This document shows positions 1 to 8,418 of a DNA stretch of 64,000 nt, in pieces. The translations under genes were made by a program, and so were the position numbers. The stretch is taken from contig DASVDG010000131.1 in the NCBI GenBank assembly GCA_036381255.1, forward strand, positions 1,670 to 65,669, read 5' to 3'. Under the pieces are notes generated by a model. That model saw nothing but the letters and a program-made list of their open reading frames with translations. It did not search any database and was not told the origin of the DNA. The DNA comes from Longimicrobiales bacterium (lineage in GTDB: Bacteria; Gemmatimonadota; Gemmatimonadetes; Longimicrobiales; RSA9). The first letter of the stretch is position 1. Each line of letters opens with the position of its first letter.

Positions 1-82
1 CATGAACGACAACGACGCACGCGGCACCGACGCCGCTCCACGGCGGCCCTTCGAACGGCCCGAGCAGGGGACCCTCGGGTGA
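1..82 (+). CDS. 3' end of an unidentified gene running off the left edge (partial)
   Basis: The frame is open from base 2 to TGA at 80-82. The stop overlaps the GTG start of the next gene (GTGA), suggesting translational coupling. Too short to identify. Confidence 0.25.
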   Translation, partial: MNDNDARGTDAAPRRPFERPEQGTLG

Positions 83-1047
83 CGGCGGATCTGTACCTGA
101 CCGGTAGACTCCTGGCGATCGCATTCGCCAGCGGCCTCAACCTCTACGCGACGGTCGCCATCCTCGGCCTCGCCTCCCGCTTCGGTTGGATCGCGACCCT
201 GCCCCCCTCGCTCCGCGGCCTCGAGGACCCCGTCGTCATCGCCAGCGCGACGATCCTGTTCCTCGTCGAATTCGTCATCGACAAGGTGCCCCACGTCGAC
301 TCGCTCTGGGACACCATCCACACCTTCATCCGCCCCGTCGCCGCCGCGCTCCTCGCCCTCGCCGCCGCCGATGGCACGCCGACCACCCTCCACTTCGGCA
401 TCGCCGCGCTCGCCGGACTCACCGCCCTCGCCGCTCACGGCACCAAGGCCGGACTCCGCCTCGCCCTCAACGCCACGCCCCGGCGGACCGCCACCCTGGC
501 CATCAGCCTCGGCGAGGACGCCGCCGCCATCGCCATCGCCATCGCCGCACTCGCATCCCCGACCGCCGCCCTCATCATCGCCGGCACGACGCTCGCCCTC
601 CTCGGCCTCTTCGGCCCCGGCCTCTGGCGTGCCTTCGTCTTCGGCATCCGCGCACTCGCCGCGCGAATCCGCGGCTTCTTCGGCGGCGCCCGCTGGCGCG
701 GCCTCGATGAAGTGCCCCGCTCCCTCCGCGCCCTCGTCGACCCGCCCGCCATCGGCGCCCCCGCACCCAGCGCCACCCGCGCCTCGCTCTGTGGGCCACG
801 CCCCGTCGGTACCTACCGCAACGGCTGGCTCATTCGCTCCGATGACGACGCCGTCTTCCTCTACCGCTCCTTCGGCCGCGCCCGGCGCATGACGCTCCCG
901 CCGCTCCGCGAAACGCGCGTCCGCCACGGCATCTGGGCCGACGCCGTCGAAATCGTCACCGACCGCTTCCGCTGCAACGTCTTCGTCCTCAAGGACGGAC
1001 CGCCGGTCGAACTCATCTTCCCCGACAACACCATCGCATCCGCATGA
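79..1047 (+). CDS. DUF4126-family integral membrane protein with an extra ~125-aa C-terminal soluble domain
   Basis: The N-terminal ~190 aa match the DUF4126 pattern (GLNLYATVAILGLASRFGW..LP, VEFVIDKVPHVDSLWDTIHTFIRP). GTG start. The stop overlaps the next start (ATGA at 1044-1047). Confidence 0.75.
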   Translation: MTADLYLTGRLLAIAFASGLNLYATVAILGLASRFGWIATLPPSLRGLEDPVVIASATILFLVEFVIDKVPHVDSLWDTIHTFIRPVAAALLALAAADGTPTTLHFGIAALAGLTALAAHGTKAGLRLALNATPRRTATLAISLGEDAAAIAIAIAALASPTAALIIAGTTLALLGLFGPGLWRAFVFGIRALAARIRGFFGGARWRGLDEVPRSLRALVDPPAIGAPAPSATRASLCGPRPVGTYRNGWLIRSDDDAVFLYRSFGRARRMTLPPLRETRVRHGIWADAVEIVTDRFRCNVFVLKDGPPVELIFPDNTIASA

Positions 1048-1400
1048 GCCTCGACGAATTCCGCGCCTTCCGCGAACGGATGAACGAACGCCTCCTCTCG
1101 ACCGACAACCTCGAGATCCGGCGCTTCTTCGCCCTCGACTCCCGCGCCTACGAGGACGGCGCGCTCCCCGCTCGCACCAAGGAGCTCCTCGGCCTCGTCG
1201 CCTCCCTCGTCCTCCGCTGCGACGACTGCATCACCTACCACCTCGTCCGCTGCGCCGAGGAAGGCGTCACCGACGACGAATTCCTCGAAACCTTCTCCAT
1301 CGGCCTCATCGTCGGCGGCTCCATCGTCATCCCCCACCTCCGTCGCGCCATCGCCCGCCTCGACGAAATCCGCACCGAATCCCCATCCCCTGAACCTTAA
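1044..1400 (+). CDS. Carboxymuconolactone decarboxylase / AhpD-like family protein with CxxC motif
   Basis: 118 aa with the ARTKELLGLVASLVLRCDDCITYH motif typical of the AhpD-core CMD family. Confidence 0.8.
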   Translation: MSLDEFRAFRERMNERLLSTDNLEIRRFFALDSRAYEDGALPARTKELLGLVASLVLRCDDCITYHLVRCAEEGVTDDEFLETFSIGLIVGGSIVIPHLRRAIARLDEIRTESPSPEP

Positions 1401-1473
1401 ACCCTGAACGCCGAATGCCGAATGCTGAATCCTCAACCCTGACAACTGACCACTGACAACTGACCACTGACCA
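1390..1473 (+). repeat. Array of 12 consecutive degenerate heptamers (consensus CTGAMNN), C-rich and G-poor
   Basis: Read directly: CTGAACC TTAAACC CTGAACG CCGAATG CCGAATG CTGAATC CTCAACC CTGACAA CTGACCA CTGACAA CTGACCA CTGACCA. The array starts in the last codons of the AhpD-like gene. Confidence 0.9.
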
Positions 1474-1539
1474 CTCCCCGGAACATCTGATCCCCTCCCG
1501 GGTACTCACCCCGCTATGCAATGCCAGCGCACACCGGCG

Positions 1540-1568
1540 TTGACATCGCCACCGGCCTCTGTTAGGAT
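1540..1568 (+). promoter_or_regulatory. Sigma70-type promoter upstream of the sigma-factor gene
   Basis: TTGACA (1540-1545), 17-nt spacer, TAGGAT (1563-1568). Confidence 0.5.
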
Positions 1569-1716
1569 TGACAGGCTATGATCGGTGTCGCATCGGGGAA
1601 CGAGACGCTGCCTCCTTTCAGGCGGCCGTTGCGCTTTCAGTCCCCCCATCGGTGAGCAGCGAGCGTCGTTCGGCGATGCTTCCGCTGCTTTTTTCGTTTG
1701 TCCACCCGATCCGAGG

Positions 1717-2589
1717 ATGTCGCGACATATGTTCCTGAATTCCCGCGCACTGGACTCCTTCGATCAGTACCTCTTCGACGTCGAGAAGTACCCGCTGATC
1801 GAGGACCCCGAGGAAGAGCGCGAACTCGCCCGCCGCGCCCGGGCTGGGGATAAGGAGGCGGCGGAGCGGCTCGTCACGGCGAACCTGCGGTTCGTCATCT
1901 CCTACGTGAAGAAGTACCAGGGTCGGGGGCTCGGGCTGGCCGAACTGGTGTGCATCGGCAACGAGGGGCTGCTGAAGGCGGTCAAGAAGTTCGATCCGGA
2001 CAAGGGCGTCAAGTTCATCTCGTACGCGGTGTGGTGGATCCGGCAGACGGTGCTCCAGGCGTTGGCGGAGCAGACGCGGTCGGTGCGGATCCCGCTGAAC
2101 CAGAATTCGAACCTGGTCAAGCTGTCGCGGACGGAGACGGCGCTGACGCAGCTCCTGGGGCGGTCGCCGACGGACCAGGAGATCGCGGAGGAGATGGACG
2201 AGCCGGTGGAGACGGTCCGTGCGTTGCGGCGGGTGGCGGCGTCGGAGCTGTCGTTGGATGCGCCGATCGACCGGGGCGACCGGGACAGTGCGTCGTTCGG
2301 CGAGCGGTTCGCGGGTGCGGAGGCGGAGGACATCGAGGAGTCGGTCGAATCGCAGGCGCGGCGGGAGTTCCTCGACCGGATGTTCGAGAAGTACCTGACG
2401 GAGCGGGAGCGGAAGATCCTGTACCTGTATTACGGCCTGGACGACGGCGAGGAGCGGACGCTGGAGGAGATCGGCTCGTTGCTGGGCGTGACGCGGGAGC
2501 GGATCCGGCAGATCCGGAACCGTGCGTTCGAGAAGCTCCGGGAGAGCCCGGACGGCGAGGCGCTCGAGACGTTCTGGAGCGCGAACTGA
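1717..2589 (+). CDS. RNA polymerase sigma factor, sigma-70 family (short RpoD/SigA-like, ~290 aa)
   Basis: Region 2 (NLRFVISYVKKYQGRGL, GNEGLLKAVKKFDPDKGVKFISYAVWWIRQ), region 3 and region 4 (TLEEIGSLLGVTRERIRQIRNRAFEKLR) are recognisable. The ORF track starts at GTG 1585, but its first 44 aa look non-protein-like. ATG 1717 or 1729 is more likely. Confidence 0.85.
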   Translation: MSRHMFLNSRALDSFDQYLFDVEKYPLIEDPEEERELARRARAGDKEAAERLVTANLRFVISYVKKYQGRGLGLAELVCIGNEGLLKAVKKFDPDKGVKFISYAVWWIRQTVLQALAEQTRSVRIPLNQNSNLVKLSRTETALTQLLGRSPTDQEIAEEMDEPVETVRALRRVAASELSLDAPIDRGDRDSASFGERFAGAEAEDIEESVESQARREFLDRMFEKYLTERERKILYLYYGLDDGEERTLEEIGSLLGVTRERIRQIRNRAFEKLRESPDGEALETFWSAN

Positions 2590-2629
2590 GTTCGACCGCG
2601 CGGGCATCGGCCCGCGGGGACGGGATCCG

Positions 2630-2666
2630 GACCGAGAGCCCGCCGCGCCGCGGCGGGCTCTCGGTC
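2630..2666 (+). terminator. GC-rich hairpin after the sigma-factor gene
   Basis: GACCGAGAGCCCGCC (2630-2644) pairs with GGCGGGCTCTCGGTC (2652-2666). No U-tract follows. Confidence 0.45.
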
Positions 2667-2795
2667 GTTGGGGCGGCCGGAACCCGGTCGCGTACGTTGA
2701 AGTAGTAGGACGCTCCGCGCCGTGGCGGACGTCCGGACATCGAGCCGGCGCACGGTGCCGCCGCGCGGACGGCGCCGACCGGGACCGGATGCACC

Positions 2796-4856
2796 ATGAG
2801 CTGGACTTCCCCGACACGTTCGACCGCACTCCTGCTCCTCCTATCGGCGGCCGGCCCCGCGTCCGCGCCGGCGCAGGACGGGGACGGGTGGAACGCGCCG
2901 CGGGCGCTGGAGTTGATCGAGCGGGCGCGGGAGCGGCGGCATCGCCCCCGGGCCGACACCGCGCTGCGCAACTACCAGGCGAAGGCGACGGGGTACGTCT
3001 ACTTCTTCCTGGACCGCCGGGACACGAACGAGCGTACGCTGGTGAAGGTCGACCAGGTCGCGCTCGAGGTGTACTGGGCCGCGCCGAACCGGACGAAGCA
3101 GCGAATCATCGGGCTGCGCGACCGGAAGGCGCTGCCGAACAACATCCACTACCACCTGGATCACCTGACCGTGGTCCAGAACGAGTTCGACGACCGGATC
3201 CGCCTGGGCGACGGCGACGAGGTGCGCGACGTGCTGCACCCGGCCGCGCGGCACTCGGAGCGGGTCTACGATTTCCGCGTCGCCGACTCGCTCACGCTGC
3301 GTCTCGGCGGCGCACCGGACCCGATCCGCGTCTACGAAGTCGAGGTCCGGCCGAAGGATCCCGAGCGCCCCGCGTACGTCGGATCGATCTTCGTCGACCG
3401 CGCGACGGCGGACATCGTGCGGATGACGTTCACGTTCACCCCCGCCTCGTACGTCGACCCGCGGCTCGACTACATCCGCATCTCCCTGGACAACGGCCTC
3501 TGGGAAGGGCGCTACTGGCTCCCCTACGAGCAGCGCATTGAGCTCCGGCGGCAGGTGCGGCAGCTCGATTTCCCCGCGGGCGGGGTGATCCGCGGGACCA
3601 TGCGCATCGGCGACTACCGCTTCAACCAGGGTTTGTCGGACCGGTTCTTCCTCGGCCCGCGCGTCGTGGCGCTACCGCAGCGCATGCGGGAGGCGTACCC
3701 GTTCGAGAAGGACCTCTTCGCCGAGCTGGACGCCGAGGGTCTCGCGCCGATGCCGGAGCTGAGCGACCTGCGCGAGCGTGCCGCGGAGCTGATCGGAGCC
3801 GGCCGCCTGAGCGGGCTGCCGCGCGTGCGGCTCTACCTCCCGAACGCGTCCTCGCTGTTCCGGTACAACCGGGCGGAGGGCGCGTACCTCGGGGCGGGCA
3901 TCGCGTACGCGCCGACCGCGGCGACGACGATCGACGTCAGCGGCGGCTACGCGTCCGGCCCCGGCCACCTCGCGACGACCGTCACCGCATCGACGACGCT
4001 CGGCGACCCGACGACGTTCCGGCTCCGCGCCGAGCGCAACGCCGTGCACGACCTCGGGCTTCGACGCGGGACCGCCGGCGTGTTGAACACGCTCTCGGCC
4101 GCGCTCGCGGGAGAGGACTTCCTCGACCCGTACTACGTGGATGGCGTCGGCATCGAGCTCGAGCGCCGGCTCGGTGGACCCTGGGCGATCGGCCTCGGCG
4201 CGGCGTACGAGCGGCACGCGAGCGCCCGCCTCGAGGAGCCGTCCGCGGCGCTGGATGAGGATGCGACGTTCCGACCCGTCGCGCCCGTCGATGAAGGCAC
4301 GCTCCTCGCCGGGCGCGCCTCGCTCCGCCGCGAGCCGCCCGCCGCGCGCGGCGGCGGCTGGTCCGCCGCACTCGAGCTCGAGGCCGGCCGCCTCGACGGC
4401 GCGTACGTCCGGCCCGTACTCGCCGCCGATGCACGCTGGGCCTCGGCGGACCGGGGAACCCGGCTCCTGGCCCGCGCCGCCGGCGGGATGGTCTTTGGCG
4501 ATGCGCCGGCCCAGCGGCTCTTCCTCCTCGGAGGCCAGGCGACGATCCCGGGCTACCCGTACCGCTCGTTCGTCGGCGACCGCTTCGCCGTGGCCGACCT
4601 CGAGCTCTCCCGCCGGCTCATCGGCCCCTGGGTCCGGCTACGCACGCTGGGCGCAGTCGGCTGGACCGCGCTCCACGAGGCCGCCGTGCCCGGCGGCTGG
4701 GACGCGGCGCCCACGGAGGGGATCCGCGCCAGCGCCGGACTCGGCCTCGGCCTCGTCTACGACATCCTGCGCGTGGACTGGGTCCGACCGCTCGACGGCT
4801 CCGGCGGCTGGACGACGATCCTGTCCGTGAGCCCCGACCTGCTCGACATCCTCTGA
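2796..4856 (+). CDS. Outer-membrane protein with C-terminal Omp85/surface-antigen-like beta-barrel
   Basis: Signal peptide (ALLLLLSAAGPASAPAQD). The C-terminal region has alternating beta-strand character (FLLGGQATIPGYPYRSFVGDRF, GLGLGLVYDILRVDWVRPL), resembling the Bac_surface_Ag family. Confidence 0.6.
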   Translation: MSWTSPTRSTALLLLLSAAGPASAPAQDGDGWNAPRALELIERARERRHRPRADTALRNYQAKATGYVYFFLDRRDTNERTLVKVDQVALEVYWAAPNRTKQRIIGLRDRKALPNNIHYHLDHLTVVQNEFDDRIRLGDGDEVRDVLHPAARHSERVYDFRVADSLTLRLGGAPDPIRVYEVEVRPKDPERPAYVGSIFVDRATADIVRMTFTFTPASYVDPRLDYIRISLDNGLWEGRYWLPYEQRIELRRQVRQLDFPAGGVIRGTMRIGDYRFNQGLSDRFFLGPRVVALPQRMREAYPFEKDLFAELDAEGLAPMPELSDLRERAAELIGAGRLSGLPRVRLYLPNASSLFRYNRAEGAYLGAGIAYAPTAATTIDVSGGYASGPGHLATTVTASTTLGDPTTFRLRAERNAVHDLGLRRGTAGVLNTLSAALAGEDFLDPYYVDGVGIELERRLGGPWAIGLGAAYERHASARLEEPSAALDEDATFRPVAPVDEGTLLAGRASLRREPPAARGGGWSAALELEAGRLDGAYVRPVLAADARWASADRGTRLLARAAGGMVFGDAPAQRLFLLGGQATIPGYPYRSFVGDRFAVADLELSRRLIGPWVRLRTLGAVGWTALHEAAVPGGWDAAPTEGIRASAGLGLGLVYDILRVDWVRPLDGSGGWTTILSVSPDLLDIL

Positions 4857-4874
4857 GCCGCACGCCGCCGCGGC

Positions 4875-5258
4875 TCACGCGTCGTCGGCCTCCTCTGCCG
4901 CCCCGACCGCGACCGCCTCGCCGCGGCCGTTCGGCGCGCCGAGCAGCACCAGCTCCCGGACATGAACCTCCGCCGTCGGAATCGTGACGCCGTTCTTCTC
5001 GAAGCTGTCGTACTCGATCCGCCCCTCGACGTACAGCCTGTCGCCCTTCCGCACATATTCCTCGGCGATCTGCGCCAGCCGGTCCCACAGCGTGAGCCGG
5101 TGCCACGCCGTGCGGTCCTCGAACCCCTCGCCCCTCGGCACCCGCCGACTCGTGGCCAGCGACAGATGCGCGACCTTCGTGCCCGCCGCCGTCGTCGCGA
5201 CGTCCGGGTCCCGCCCCACGTTGCCCACCAGGATCACCTTGTTCACCGAGCGGCTCAT
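4875..5258 (-). CDS. ssb: Single-stranded DNA-binding protein
   Basis: The N-terminal OB fold (MSRSVNKVILVGNVGRDPDV...TAWHRLTLWDRLAQIAEEYVRKGDRLYVEGRIEY) and an acidic C-terminal tail are present. Confidence 0.9.
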   Translation of the reverse strand: MSRSVNKVILVGNVGRDPDVATTAAGTKVAHLSLATSRRVPRGEGFEDRTAWHRLTLWDRLAQIAEEYVRKGDRLYVEGRIEYDSFEKNGVTIPTAEVHVRELVLLGAPNGRGEAVAVGAAEEADDA

Positions 5259-5388
5259 ACGTCGCCTCCCTGACGATCGCGCCCGACGCGACCCGCGCCG
5301 CCCGGCGCGGCCGCGTCCGGCCGTTGCGTTGCGCGTCGAAGCTCGCGCCGTCAGCGGGGCGGCGGAATGACTGGATGGGGCGATTTCG

Positions 5389-8178
5389 TCACTTGCACTC
5401 GAACCAGTTCTCGCCCACGCCGATCTCCACCTCGAGCGGGACGTCGAGCAGGAACGCGCCCTCCATCAGCTCCTTGACCAGCGCGCGCGCGGCGTCGACC
5501 TCGCCCTTCGGCACCTCGAAGACCAGCTCGTCGTGCACCTGGAGGAGCATCCGCGCGCTCGAACGGCCGTCCGCCAGCGCGTTGTGGATGTCGATCATCG
5601 CGAGCTTGATGATGTCGGCCGCGGTGCCCTGGACGGGTGCGTTCGTGGCCGCGCGCTCGCCGAACTGGCGGATGTTGTAGTTGTCGCTGTTGATCTCCGG
5701 GATGTAGCGCCGGCGGCCGCTAAGCGTCTCGACGAAGCCGTGGGTCTTCGCGTGCTCGATCTGCTCGTCGAGGTAGCGGCGCACGCCCGGGAACCGCTGG
5801 AAGTAGGCATCGATGAACTGCCGCGCCTCGGCGTTCGACGTGCCGAGCCGCTGCGCCAGCGCGAACGGGCCGATCCCGTAGATCGTCGCGAAGTTGATCG
5901 TCTTCGCCGCGCCGCGCATCTGCGGCGTCACCTCCTCGGGGAGCACGTCGAAGACGAGTGCGGCGGTCTGCCGGTGGATGTCGACGCCGCGACGGAACGC
6001 CTCGACGAACGCCGGATCTCCGGACAGGTGCGCCAGGATCCGCAGCTCGATCTGCGAGTAGTCCGCGGCGAGGAACACGTGGCCCTCGGCCGGGACGAAA
6101 CCCTTGCGGATCTCCGCGCCGATCTCCGTCCGGATCGGAATGTTCTGGAGGTTCGGGTCCGTCGATGAGAGGCGCCCCGTCGCAGCGACCGTCTGGTTGT
6201 AGTTCGTGTGCAGTCGGCCCGTCTCCGGGTTGACCAGCTTCGGCAGCGCGTCGACGTACGTTCCCTTCAGCTTGTCGAGCTGGCGGTACTCGATGAGCAG
6301 CTTCGGCAGCGCATGCCCCTGCGATGCCAGCGTCTCCAGCACGCTCGCGTCCGTCGACGGGCCCGTCTTCGTCCGCTTGATCACGGGGAGACCCAGCCGT
6401 TCGAACAGGATCTCCCGCAGCTGCGGCGTCGAGCCGATGTTGAACTCGCCGCCGGCCAGCTTGTAGATCTCCTCCCGGATGAGCGCGAGATCGCGGTCCA
6501 GCTTCTTCGCGACCTCGGCGAAGAAGCCGGTGTCGATGCGGATCCCGGCCCACTCCATGTCGGCCAACACCCGGACGAGCGGCATCTCGACCTTCTCGAA
6601 CAGGTCCTCCAGCGCGAAGCGCTCGAGGTCGGCGCGGAACAGGTCGCGCAGCCGCAGCGTCACGTCCACGTCCTCGCACGCGTACTCGACGACCCGGTCG
6701 ATCGCGCACTCCGCGATCGGGATCTGGTCCTTCCCCTTCCCGCACAGCTCCTCGTAGGTGATCGTGCGGTGGTCGAGGAACTGGAGCGCGAGCGAATCCA
6801 TCCCGTGCTCGCGTCGGCCCGGGTCGAGGACGTACGACGCGATCATCGTGTCGAACTCGATGCCGCGCAGCTCCACGCCGGCGCGCCGCAGCACCAGCAG
6901 GTCGTACTTCAGGTTCTGGCCGATCTTCCGGACCGCGGGGTCCTCGAGCAGCGCCACGAGCGGCCGCATCGCCGGCGACGTCAGCGCCGGAAGGTTGAGC
7001 GCCGCGCCCGCGCCCGACGCGTCGTCGGCACGCCCCCCGGCTTCCGCCGACCCGAGCTCGGGCGCGGCCGGCGGCCGGTGCGCGAACGGGAGATAGAACG
7101 CCTCTCCCGGCTCCAGCGCCAGACTGATACCGACCAGGTCGGCACGCATCGGGTCCGTGTCCGTGGTCTCCGTGTCCACGCAGACCTCGCCCTTGCCACG
7201 CACCCGCTCGACCAGCGCCGCCACTTCGTCGACCGACGTGACCAGCCGGTAGTCGCTCTTCTCCCGCACTGCGTCTTCGACGGGCGACGCCAGCTCGCGG
7301 GCCAGCGAATGGAACTCGAGCTCCGTGAACACCTGCCGCAGCGCCTCGCGGTCCGGCTCCTCGACGCGCAGCGCCTCCAGGTCCAGCTCGATCGGCAGGT
7401 GCGTCTGGATCGTCACGAGCTCCTTCGACAGGAGGACCAGGTCCCGGTGCGCCTCGAGCGCCTCCCGCGCGCGCTTCGCCGAGATGCCGTCCACGCGCGC
7501 AAGGATCTCCTCGACGGGGCCGTACTCCTCGATCAGCTTGATCGCCGTCTTCGGCCCGATCCCCTTCGCGCCGGGGACGTTGTCCGACGAGTCGCCGATC
7601 AACGCCAGGTAGTCCGTCACCCGCTCCGGCGGCACGCCCAGCCGCTCCGACGCGTTGCGCGTGTCGACCCACTCCTCCTCGATCCCCGACGGCCCGCCCC
7701 GGCCCGGGTTCAGCAGGCAGACCCCCGGCCGGATGAGCTGGTAGAAGTCCTTGTCGCCCGAGACGATCACCGCCTCCAGCCCCGCGCTCACCGCCTTTTC
7801 CGCCAGCGTTCCGATCACGTCGTCGGCCTCGTGGTCCGGGAGCCGCAGGGTCGGGATGCGGAACGCGTGCAGCAGCTGCTCGATCCGCGGGATCGACGCC
7901 TTCAGCTCGTCCGGCATCTTCTCCCGCGTCGCCTTGTACTCCGGGTAGAGCTGCTCCCGCTGGCTCGTCCCCGCGTCCAGCACGACGCCGAGGTAGTCCG
8001 GCTCGTGTTCGTCGAGGATCTTCTGCAGGAATTTCGTCACGCCCCACGCCGCCGAGGTGTTCTCGCCCCGCGACGTCATCAGCGGACGGCTGATCATCGC
8101 GAAGAACGAGCGGTAGATCAGCGCGTAGCCGTCCACCAGGAACAGGCGCGGCCGCGTCTTCGTCGGCTTCTCGACCAT
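5389..8178 (-). CDS. polA: DNA polymerase I
   Basis: 929 aa starting at MVEKPTKTRPRLFLVDGYALIYRSFF (5'-nuclease domain). The 3'-5' exonuclease motifs DTET and NLKYD are present, as are the polymerase motifs (DYSQIELR, QVHDELVFE). The ORF track extends it to 10212, but that N-terminal 678 aa is Arg/Glu-rich shadow sequence. Confidence 0.95.
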   Translation of the reverse strand: MVEKPTKTRPRLFLVDGYALIYRSFFAMISRPLMTSRGENTSAAWGVTKFLQKILDEHEPDYLGVVLDAGTSQREQLYPEYKATREKMPDELKASIPRIEQLLHAFRIPTLRLPDHEADDVIGTLAEKAVSAGLEAVIVSGDKDFYQLIRPGVCLLNPGRGGPSGIEEEWVDTRNASERLGVPPERVTDYLALIGDSSDNVPGAKGIGPKTAIKLIEEYGPVEEILARVDGISAKRAREALEAHRDLVLLSKELVTIQTHLPIELDLEALRVEEPDREALRQVFTELEFHSLARELASPVEDAVREKSDYRLVTSVDEVAALVERVRGKGEVCVDTETTDTDPMRADLVGISLALEPGEAFYLPFAHRPPAAPELGSAEAGGRADDASGAGAALNLPALTSPAMRPLVALLEDPAVRKIGQNLKYDLLVLRRAGVELRGIEFDTMIASYVLDPGRREHGMDSLALQFLDHRTITYEELCGKGKDQIPIAECAIDRVVEYACEDVDVTLRLRDLFRADLERFALEDLFEKVEMPLVRVLADMEWAGIRIDTGFFAEVAKKLDRDLALIREEIYKLAGGEFNIGSTPQLREILFERLGLPVIKRTKTGPSTDASVLETLASQGHALPKLLIEYRQLDKLKGTYVDALPKLVNPETGRLHTNYNQTVAATGRLSSTDPNLQNIPIRTEIGAEIRKGFVPAEGHVFLAADYSQIELRILAHLSGDPAFVEAFRRGVDIHRQTAALVFDVLPEEVTPQMRGAAKTINFATIYGIGPFALAQRLGTSNAEARQFIDAYFQRFPGVRRYLDEQIEHAKTHGFVETLSGRRRYIPEINSDNYNIRQFGERAATNAPVQGTAADIIKLAMIDIHNALADGRSSARMLLQVHDELVFEVPKGEVDAARALVKELMEGAFLLDVPLEVEIGVGENWFECK

Positions 8179-8210
8179 TCGGCTTCCCCGTTGGAGTTTC
8201 GCTGACACCA

Positions 8211-8240
8211 CTAATACCCCGTCGAGGGGGTTCTGTGCAA
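8211..8240 (-). promoter_or_regulatory. Candidate polA promoter
   Basis: On the minus strand: TTGCAC (8240-8235), 18-nt spacer, TATTAG (8216-8211), about 30 nt upstream of the ATG. Confidence 0.4.
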
Positions 8241-8418
8241 TCGCGTGTGCGAAAACGCGGGGCTCGGGCGACACGCCGGCGCGCGCGACACCGCCCGGCT
8301 GAAACCTCGCCGCCCCGCCCCTCCGTAGAGGGTCGATCGCCGCGCTACGAAGTCGGTCGCCGCGAACCCGGATTCCACGTGGCCGGAGTCGACACCCGCG
8401 CCGGACTGGAGGTGACAC

